This document shows positions 29,533-37,094 of a stretch of DNA of 64,000 nucleotides, one piece after another. The translations under genes were made by a program, and so were the position numbers. This stretch comes from an uncultured Muribaculaceae bacterium (GTDB lineage: Bacteria; Bacillota_I; Bacilli_A; RF39; UBA660). The stretch covers positions 772-64,771 of the forward strand of contig CAYJFL010000001.1 of NCBI GenBank assembly GCA_964369865.1. The letters run 5' to 3'. Position 1 is the stretch's first letter; each line of letters begins with the position of its first letter. The notes beneath the pieces are model-generated. The model saw only the letters and a program-made list of their open reading frames with translations. It searched no databases and was not told where the DNA came from.

Positions 29533-31790
29533 TGAAATATACAGGATTAAATGATTTAGAAATTCAAGAAAGAATACAAAATAATTTAGTAAACTTTGAT
29601 ACAACAGTTAAAAGTAAAAGTATTAAAGTTATCTTAATGACAAATATTTTTACACTATTTAATATTTTAAATTTTTCTATAGCTATAATAATATTTTTTA
29701 CTGGACAATATAAAAATCTATTGTTTCTAGGAGTTGTATTTTCTAATACTCTTATTAGTATAATTCAGGAAATAAAAGCAAAAAAACAAATTGAAAAACT
29801 ATCTTTAATAGCAGCTAGTAAAGCCACTGTTATTAGAAATAGTGAAAAAAGAAATATTAATATTTATGAAATTGTTAAAGATGATTTATTAATACTAAAA
29901 AGTGGAGAACAAGTTTTAACAGATTCTATAGTTATTGATGGCTATTCTGAAGTTGATGAATCATTTATAACTGGTGAAAGTGAACATATAACAGTTGAAG
30001 TTGATGATACTATTAAAAGTGGTTCTTTTATAATTAGTGGAGAGATAATAGTTAAAGTTATTAATGTTGGTAATGATAATTATACTGCGAAAATTAACAG
30101 TGAAGCCAAATATATTAAATATTCTACATCTGTATTAATGAAGTCATTAAAAACAATTATAAAATGGATTTCAATTATAATTATTCCTCTAGGTATAATA
30201 TTATTTATAAATCAATTAAATATTAATAGTAATTATAGTGACGCTATAATTACTACTTCTGCCGCTGTTATAGGAATGATACCTGAAGGCTTAATATTAT
30301 TAACAAGTACCGTTTTAGCAGTATCAATTATAAAATTAAGTCAACATAATATACTTGTAAAAGATCTATTTTGCATTGAAACATTAGCAAGAGTTGATAC
30401 TTTATGTTTAGATAAAACAGGTACAATAACAACAGGTGAAATGATATTTAAAAAAGCTATACCTACTAAAGAATATAGTAAAAAAGAAATAGATAGTAAA
30501 GATAACAACTCTACTATGGCAGCTATAAAAAAACACTATTCAAATGATTTATATGCTGAAATAACTAGTTATAAATTATTTAATTCTAAATTAAAATATA
30601 GTAATATTTCATTTAAAAATAAAGGTACCTATTTTATAGGAGCACCTGAAATATTACTAAAAAAACAATATGGTATTTTAAGCAAACAACTAGAAAATGA
30701 TTTGTTAAATTATCGTATTCTAGTTTTAGCTCATAGTAAAAAAGAAAATGAAGATGATATTACTAATTTACAATTAATGGCTATTCTTTACATCGAAGAT
30801 ATTATTAGAGATGATGCGAAAACTACATTAGATTATTTTCGAAAACAAAATATTGATATTCGTATTATAAGTGGTGATAATGTTAAAACATTAAGTGGTA
30901 TTGCTAAAAGAAGTGGTTTTAAAGAGTATGATAATTATATTGACATGACCACTATTAACATAGAAGATATTGATAAAATAAGTAACAAATATAACATATT
31001 TGGTCGAGTTAATCCTATTCAAAAAAAAGAACTTATTAGATCTTTTAAAAAGGATGGTAAATTTACTGCCATGATTGGGGACGGTGTTAACGATATATTA
31101 GCACTTAAGGAAAGTGATTGTAGTATATCAATTGGTAGTGGTTGTGAAGCTGCTAAAAATATCAGTGATATTACTCTATTAAATGATAAATTTAATTCTA
31201 TCCCTCTCATTTTTAATGAAGGAAGAAAGACTATTAATAATATAGAAAAAAGTGCTAGTTTATATTTAAATAAAACTATATACTCTACTCTACTATCGAT
31301 TATATTTTTATTTGTAGATTATAATTATGTCTTTATTCCAATTCAACTAACTCTAACTAGTGTTGTAACAATTGGAATACCGTCATTTATATTAGCCCTA
31401 CAACCAAATACAAGTATAGTGAAAGGTAATTTCATAACAAACATTTTAACTAATTCACTACCTACTGCTTGTTTAATTACAATAAATATAATAACTATAT
31501 TATTTGTTGGTAAAACAATTAACTTAACTGACTTAGAAATTACTACACTATGCGTTTTAATGAATGCTATTATTAGTTTTAGATTATTATATAAACTATC
31601 TACTCCTTTTAATAAAATAAATATAATATTATTTATAAGTATGATTATTATATTCCTATTAGGATTTACTTTATTAAGATCATTATTTTCATTAACAAAT
31701 ATTAGTTTAACAATGTTAATATTTACTTTTATACTAACTTCTATAAGTTTAATATTATTTGAAATACTAACTAATATAAAAAAGAGATAA
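29532..31790 (+). CDS. Cation-transporting P-type ATPase (P2-type; substrate not determinable, probably Ca2+ or Mg2+)
   Basis: 752 aa with the DKTGTITTG phosphorylation motif, the GDGVNDILAL hinge and 8-10 TM helices. Confidence 0.85.
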   Translation: MKYTGLNDLEIQERIQNNLVNFDTTVKSKSIKVILMTNIFTLFNILNFSIAIIIFFTGQYKNLLFLGVVFSNTLISIIQEIKAKKQIEKLSLIAASKATVIRNSEKRNINIYEIVKDDLLILKSGEQVLTDSIVIDGYSEVDESFITGESEHITVEVDDTIKSGSFIISGEIIVKVINVGNDNYTAKINSEAKYIKYSTSVLMKSLKTIIKWISIIIIPLGIILFINQLNINSNYSDAIITTSAAVIGMIPEGLILLTSTVLAVSIIKLSQHNILVKDLFCIETLARVDTLCLDKTGTITTGEMIFKKAIPTKEYSKKEIDSKDNNSTMAAIKKHYSNDLYAEITSYKLFNSKLKYSNISFKNKGTYFIGAPEILLKKQYGILSKQLENDLLNYRILVLAHSKKENEDDITNLQLMAILYIEDIIRDDAKTTLDYFRKQNIDIRIISGDNVKTLSGIAKRSGFKEYDNYIDMTTINIEDIDKISNKYNIFGRVNPIQKKELIRSFKKDGKFTAMIGDGVNDILALKESDCSISIGSGCEAAKNISDITLLNDKFNSIPLIFNEGRKTINNIEKSASLYLNKTIYSTLLSIIFLFVDYNYVFIPIQLTLTSVVTIGIPSFILALQPNTSIVKGNFITNILTNSLPTACLITINIITILFVGKTINLTDLEITTLCVLMNAIISFRLLYKLSTPFNKINIILFISMIIIFLLGFTLLRSLFSLTNISLTMLIFTFILTSISLILFEILTNIKKR

Positions 31791-31808
31791 TTATCTCTTT
31801 TTTTCTGG
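31781..31808. terminator. Bidirectional rho-independent terminator between the P-type ATPase (+) and paralog X1 (-)
   Basis: Perfect palindrome aaagagataattatctcttt flanked by A-run and T-run. The stop codons of both convergent genes lie in or next to it. Confidence 0.6.
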
Positions 31809-32858
31809 TTCATCTACTAAATAATCTATTTTATTCAACTTATCTTTTATTTCTTGTTCATAATTTTTATAATTACTATCAACATATTGACAACAATTAT
31901 ATAATTTACCATTTCTTCTTATAATTTCTATATCATCACTAAATTCTTCGTCGTTACTAAACATTATATTTTCTAAATCACTCTCATCTACATTAAATGA
32001 TCTATCTAAATTAATATATCCATAACTACCATCACCAATTTGAATATTATCTTTATATCCAACTCTGTTTTTAGAAGAAATAGGATAGGCTCTAGTTAAG
32101 TAATCATCAATTTCTAAAATATAATATGGTCTATAAACTTTTGTAAAAGCATGCTTGTTATTTTCCGTTATAGATCTAATTTTTTTACTATTTACATAAG
32201 CTATTTTAGGAATATAATCTTTATCTATTGTATCATTGCGATGACTTTGATACATTTTTACTTCCTCTAAATTATACTTAAATAAATTAAAATTAATTCT
32301 AATATTATTAATTTTAGCATATTTGACTAATGGTTTATTATCTTCTATCTTTTTATAATTATTTTCTTTATTTCCATATAAACAACAATCTATAATGTCA
32401 TAAAAATCTAAATTCAAGTCTTTATATGCATCTGTTGTTCTTCTAATTAACTCAGTATCTACAAATAAGCATTCTGGATAATTTAATATAACTTGACCAT
32501 CAAATTTACGCTTAATATATTTACCTCTACTAACTAGAGTTTTATTATGCATAGAAATAATTTCTAAATTATCAATAAAATAGGCTAAATCAAAATTACT
32601 ATTAGTAATATTTTTTAAAAAATAAAGATTCTTTTTAAGTACACTAGGTTTAGTAAGTATTAACTCAATATCTTTTTCAATCGCTTTTGATAACTTATTT
32701 TTATAATTTTTATTTGTAATTCTATATAAGTCTAATAAATTTTTTTTAATGCTATCAAACTCAAAATTTTCACATATATATTTAACAGTACGCTTATCTA
32801 TATTATCTATTTTAATTTTATAGTTACTAAAAAGTGTTTTTAAATCACTCACTAACAT
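31791..32858 (-). CDS. Uncharacterised protein, paralog family X (X1): helical-repeat N-terminal region plus conserved C-terminal RPYYILE/DGxYG domain
   Basis: 355 aa. The C-terminal about 110 aa align unambiguously with the 352-aa paralog (RPYYILEIDDYLTRAYPI / DGSYGYINLDRSFN). The N-terminal region aligns with the 222-aa paralog. Confidence 0.6.
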   Translation of the reverse strand: MLVSDLKTLFSNYKIKIDNIDKRTVKYICENFEFDSIKKNLLDLYRITNKNYKNKLSKAIEKDIELILTKPSVLKKNLYFLKNITNSNFDLAYFIDNLEIISMHNKTLVSRGKYIKRKFDGQVILNYPECLFVDTELIRRTTDAYKDLNLDFYDIIDCCLYGNKENNYKKIEDNKPLVKYAKINNIRINFNLFKYNLEEVKMYQSHRNDTIDKDYIPKIAYVNSKKIRSITENNKHAFTKVYRPYYILEIDDYLTRAYPISSKNRVGYKDNIQIGDGSYGYINLDRSFNVDESDLENIMFSNDEEFSDDIEIIRRNGKLYNCCQYVDSNYKNYEQEIKDKLNKIDYLVDEPEKKR

Positions 32859-32940
32859 ATTATCATCCCCTATAAATATTTATAATATTATCATATTTAG
32901 AATAAATAATAAATATATTTAATAAAATTAATTATAAATT

Positions 32941-33594
32941 ATGAAAAAATATATTACAATTATAATAATACTAATAATCGTATTGTTATTAAGAGGAGAC
33001 CAAATAAAGATGAAGTTTTATACAAATATTAATCATTTAAAAGAACCATTTACTTCCTTAATATTAGTAAATAAATTTAATAAATTAGATGCTAATTATA
33101 TACCAGATAATTTATTTAAAATTGATAAAAGATATTCTAATGATAGTAAGTATGTAAAAAATGAAGTTAAAGAAGCTTTTGAAAAATTAAGTAGTGATGC
33201 ACAAAAGTTAAATTTGAGTATTATATGCGTTTCTGCATATCGTAGTTATGACTATCAAAAAGAGTTATTTAATTATTACACTGATAAATATGGTGAAGAT
33301 TATGCTTTAATGGCAAGTGCTAAACCCGGTCATAGTGAACATCAAACTGGACTTAGTATTGATGTTATGGGGAGTAATATGGATTACAATTTATTTGTTG
33401 AAAGTATTGAATATGAATGGATGAAAAATAATGCTCATAAATATGGTTTTATTTTAAGATACCCAGCTGGTAAAGAATTAATTACTGGATTCAAATTTGA
33501 ACCATGGCATTATCGTTATGTTGGAATTGATGCTGCTAAAATTATTTATGAAAATAATATCACATTAGAAGAATATCTAAAAAAGACACATTAG
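32941..33594 (+). CDS. VanY-type D-alanyl-D-alanine carboxypeptidase (M15B), paralog 3
   Basis: 217 aa with an N-terminal TM, AKPGHSEHQTGLSIDV and EPWHYRYVG; divergent from X1 and convergent with X2. Confidence 0.85.
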   Translation: MKKYITIIIILIIVLLLRGDQIKMKFYTNINHLKEPFTSLILVNKFNKLDANYIPDNLFKIDKRYSNDSKYVKNEVKEAFEKLSSDAQKLNLSIICVSAYRSYDYQKELFNYYTDKYGEDYALMASAKPGHSEHQTGLSIDVMGSNMDYNLFVESIEYEWMKNNAHKYGFILRYPAGKELITGFKFEPWHYRYVGIDAAKIIYENNITLEEYLKKTH

Positions 33595-33610
33595 TGTCTT
33601 ATTTTTTTAT
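33579..33610. terminator. Bidirectional terminator between vanY paralog 3 (+) and X2 (-)
   Basis: aagacac-atta-gtgtctt hairpin followed by tttttttatt. The vanY3 TAG stop lies in the loop. Confidence 0.55.
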
Positions 33611-34657
33611 TAAATTTTCTACTTCAAAATGTTTAATAGATAATAACTTTTGTTCTACTGTTTCCGCATACTCAGGATTTTCATGTAAATATTTTGCCAT
33701 TTCATATATTATTCCATTTTCTTTAATCATATCTATATCTTCCTCAAAACATGTCAAAGATTTATATTTGATCGGAACTATTTCATATTCTTCTATGTTA
33801 AATGAATGATCAATTCTTAATACTCCATATTCCCCATCCTTTATTTTTATTTCATTTCTATATTTTTTGTTTGGATTAGAATAAATAGGTATTGCTCTTT
33901 TTTTAAAATCTTTCATTTCTAATATATAATATGGACGATGTATTTTCTTGGGAGCATTTGGATTTTTTTTCATTAACTTTTTCAACTTATCTCTATTAAT
34001 ATACGCTACTTCAATTAATGACTTATCTTTTTTATCATTATTACGATACTTTTGAAACAATGCAATTTGTTCAAATGGATACTTAAATATATTATCATTT
34101 ATTATAATTTTATTATTTTTAGCAAACTCAATTAATTTAGGATTTATTTTAAAATTATAATTATTTTTACTAGTTAAACAAATATTAGTTAATTCACTAA
34201 AATTTAAATTATTAAATTCATCTTCTAACTTTATAAAATTTTCTTTACTAATTTTTAAACAACTAATATTTTCAAAAACTTCATCAATACTATACTTATT
34301 TTTAAAAAAATCTAACCTTTCTTTAAATAATCTATTTTTAATAAATAATGTACTAATATCATTATAAAAATATGAAATGTCAAAATCTATATTTAAACTT
34401 TTTATATAATAAATATTATTTCTTAAATCATTACTATTTTCTAACAAAATTAATGGATTATTTTTTATAATACTAATTAAATTATTATGATTATTATTAA
34501 TATTATTGTTAAATAATAACTTTAGAGTATTGTTTATATTATTTATTTTATTAGAATTAGTTAAAATATCTAATAAATTTCTATCAATACCTTCAGTAGT
34601 AATATTATATTTCCATAATATTTTTTTTAATCTAACAAATTTCATGGCTTTTACCAT
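33599..34657 (-). CDS. Uncharacterised protein, paralog family X (X2)
   Basis: 352 aa with an Asn-rich N-terminal region and a C-terminal domain homologous to X1 (HRPYYILEMKDFKKRAIPI, DGEYGVLRIDHSFN). Confidence 0.6.
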   Translation of the reverse strand: MVKAMKFVRLKKILWKYNITTEGIDRNLLDILTNSNKINNINNTLKLLFNNNINNNHNNLISIIKNNPLILLENSNDLRNNIYYIKSLNIDFDISYFYNDISTLFIKNRLFKERLDFFKNKYSIDEVFENISCLKISKENFIKLEDEFNNLNFSELTNICLTSKNNYNFKINPKLIEFAKNNKIIINDNIFKYPFEQIALFQKYRNNDKKDKSLIEVAYINRDKLKKLMKKNPNAPKKIHRPYYILEMKDFKKRAIPIYSNPNKKYRNEIKIKDGEYGVLRIDHSFNIEEYEIVPIKYKSLTCFEEDIDMIKENGIIYEMAKYLHENPEYAETVEQKLLSIKHFEVENLIKK

Positions 34658-35300
34658 TACTCTTTACTGTTAAATTAGCTTCTTCAAATAACTTATATGT
34701 AATAGGAATATTATATTTATAAGCTTCTTTAATAACTTTTATATTTCTATTTATATTTTTTCCTATAGTATTATTTCCAGATATTAAGATATTAACCATT
34801 TCTGGAAAAGTAAATGGTGTGTTTAAAAAATATACATCTAGTTTTTTAATAATATTTATTGGTATCATCATACATTCTGGTGTCTCCATAAAAGTATAAA
34901 ATCCATAATTTTCTCCAATATAAATCACTTTATTATCAAAGTATTTACAATTTATTGTAAAAGCTGATAAATATTGAAAGTATTTTTTTAATTTGAATTT
35001 CTTTTCAACACGATACATATTAACTAAATCTTCTTCAACATTTTCATTATAAGTATTTTCTAAAAAATATAAATTTCTTAAAACTACTTTATAATCAGTT
35101 ATTAAAATAGTTGGCGAATTTTCAAGTTCTTTTGCGAAAATTTCTTTTTCATCATCAAACACTTTATCAAATAGTTTTTCAAGTAAAAACTCAGTGTTAG
35201 AAATATTTTGGTTTAATATTTCTACTACATTTCTTTTGTAACTTAATTTACTAAAATTTATTCCGTAATTTTCTAAAAGAGTTTCTAATTGTTTATACAT
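34632..35300 (-). CDS. Uncharacterised protein, paralog family X, N-terminal-domain-only member (X3)
   Basis: 222 aa that aligns with the first about 220 aa of X1 (LETLLENYGINFSKL ~ LKTLFSNYKIKIDNI; ILITDYKVVLRNLYFLEN ~ ILTKPSVLKKNLYFLKN). It overlaps X2 by 26 nt. Confidence 0.5.
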   Translation of the reverse strand: MYKQLETLLENYGINFSKLSYKRNVVEILNQNISNTEFLLEKLFDKVFDDEKEIFAKELENSPTILITDYKVVLRNLYFLENTYNENVEEDLVNMYRVEKKFKLKKYFQYLSAFTINCKYFDNKVIYIGENYGFYTFMETPECMMIPINIIKKLDVYFLNTPFTFPEMVNILISGNNTIGKNINRNIKVIKEAYKYNIPITYKLFEEANLTVKSNGKSHEIC

Positions 35301-35350
35301 ATAACCACTTCCTTAGGACATATAATACCATAAATATAATGTAAGTAAAA

Positions 35351-35372
35351 GAAAAAGACAAATATTTGTCTT
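35351..35372 (-). terminator. Rho-independent terminator downstream of the Cys-rich gene
   Basis: aagacaaata-tttgtctt hairpin followed by a U-run on the minus transcript. Confidence 0.5.
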
Positions 35373-35663
35373 TTAAAAACCTATTGGGCCATTACAATTT
35401 ACATTTATCACTTGATCTTCACTTGAGCATGAGTATTGTGGTTCATAAGTATGTTTATATATGTGTTTATTTACAACGTGAGTATGTACTGGGATAACAT
35501 GTTTTACATCATAACAAGTTTCAGTTTCACAACATTTATTAACACAAGGTTCCATTACAACACATGGCTCACAGCATAGATCACAACATGTTTTCGGTTC
35601 ACAACAAGTTCTTACTGGTTCACAGCAAGGGTTCCATTTTTTATTAAATTTATTATTAAACAT
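35373..35663 (-). CDS. Small Cys- and His-rich protein with CCEP repeats (possible spore coat protein, CotD-like)
   Basis: 96 aa, PCCEPVRTCCEPKTCCDLCCEPCVVMEPC followed by the His-rich VIPVHTHVVNKHIYKHTYEP. A strong GGGAGGA SD lies 7 nt upstream. Confidence 0.6.
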   Translation of the reverse strand: MFNNKFNKKWNPCCEPVRTCCEPKTCCDLCCEPCVVMEPCVNKCCETETCYDVKHVIPVHTHVVNKHIYKHTYEPQYSCSSEDQVINVNCNGPIGF

Positions 35664-35745
35664 AATTTTCCTCCCTATCTATTTGTATAGTATGAAAATT
35701 ATTTTATATTGAATATGATATATGACTAAGAAAAAATACCTTTTT

Positions 35746-37053
35746 TTAAAAAGGCATTTTCATATTTCCATTTTTGAATTGTTTCATCATTACTTTCATT
35801 TGATCAAATTGTTTCAAAAGTCTATTTACTTCTTCTACACTTCGTCCACTACCAGCCGCTATTCTTTTTTTACGACTAGCTTTTAGTATTGATGGATTTT
35901 TTCTTTCTTCTAATGTCATTGATAGAATAATTGCTTCTATATGAGCCATATCTTTAGGATTAATACTAATATTATTCAATCCCATTTTTTTTGCACCTGG
36001 AATCATTTTAATTAAATTTTCAAGTGGCCCTAATTTTTTTATTTGATTTAATTGATTTAAGAAATCATCTAAATCAAATTTTCCTTGACTCATTTTTTTA
36101 GCGGCTTCTTTAGCTGATTGCTCATCAATCACTGATTCAGCACGCTCGATCATCGTCATCAAGTCTCCCATCCCTAAAATACGAGTAGCCATTCTTTCTG
36201 GGTAAAATTCTTCAATCCCATCCATTTTTTCACTAACACCAATTAACTTAATTGGTATATTAGTTAAATGTCTAATAGATAGTGCAGCTCCTCCACGAGT
36301 GTCTCCATCTAGTTTTGTTAAAATAGAACCTGTCAATTTTAACTTATCATTAAATCCTGTAATAACACTAACAGCATCTTGACCAGTCATACTATCAACA
36401 ACTAATAATATTTCGTCAGGATTAACACTAGTAGTAATATTTTCAAGTTCATCCATTAGTTGCTCGTCAATATGTAAGCGCCCTGCAGTATCTATAAGAA
36501 CATAATCAAAATTATTATCTTTAGCATATTTTATAGCATTATTACTAATTTCTACTGGATCTTTTACTCCTTCTGAGTAAACTTCTATTGATAGTTCACG
36601 ACCTAGTTGCTTAAGTTGATCTATTGCAGCTGGACGATAAATATCACACGCTACTAACAATGGTTTTTTCTTATACTTTTTTCTAAGCATATTAGCTAAT
36701 TTACCAATTGTTGTAGTTTTACCACTACCTTGTAAACCAACTAACATTAACACATTAAAATTACCATTTACTTTTAAATCTTCTTTTTCTCCACCAAGTA
36801 AAATTATAAGTTCATCTTTTAGAATTTTAACAAATACTTCACCAGGTTTTAAACTCTTACTAACTTCTTCGCCTAAAGCTTTTTCTTTAACTTTATTTAT
36901 AAATTCTTTAACTACTTTATAATTAACATCTGCTTCTAATAAAGCTAATCTTATTTCTCTTATAACTTCATCTATATTAGATTCTGTTATTTTTCCATAT
37001 CCTTTTATTTTATCGATAGCACCTTGTAGTCTATCTCCTAAATTTTCTAACAT
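35746..37053 (-). CDS. ffh: Signal recognition particle protein Ffh (SRP54)
   Basis: 435 aa with the NG domain (GLQGSGKTTT, DTAGRL) and a Met-rich M domain. Confidence 0.95.
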   Translation of the reverse strand: MLENLGDRLQGAIDKIKGYGKITESNIDEVIREIRLALLEADVNYKVVKEFINKVKEKALGEEVSKSLKPGEVFVKILKDELIILLGGEKEDLKVNGNFNVLMLVGLQGSGKTTTIGKLANMLRKKYKKKPLLVACDIYRPAAIDQLKQLGRELSIEVYSEGVKDPVEISNNAIKYAKDNNFDYVLIDTAGRLHIDEQLMDELENITTSVNPDEILLVVDSMTGQDAVSVITGFNDKLKLTGSILTKLDGDTRGGAALSIRHLTNIPIKLIGVSEKMDGIEEFYPERMATRILGMGDLMTMIERAESVIDEQSAKEAAKKMSQGKFDLDDFLNQLNQIKKLGPLENLIKMIPGAKKMGLNNISINPKDMAHIEAIILSMTLEERKNPSILKASRKKRIAAGSGRSVEEVNRLLKQFDQMKVMMKQFKNGNMKMPF

Positions 37054-37094
37054 TTTATCACCATTAACATTATATAATAAATATTAATTAAATG

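Noticed and set aside
34632-34657. X3 and X2 (overlapping by 26 nt) might be one frameshifted gene
   Set aside because: X2 alone is collinear with full-length X1, N-terminal plus C-terminal domains. X3 duplicates only the N-terminal domain, so they are separate paralogs.
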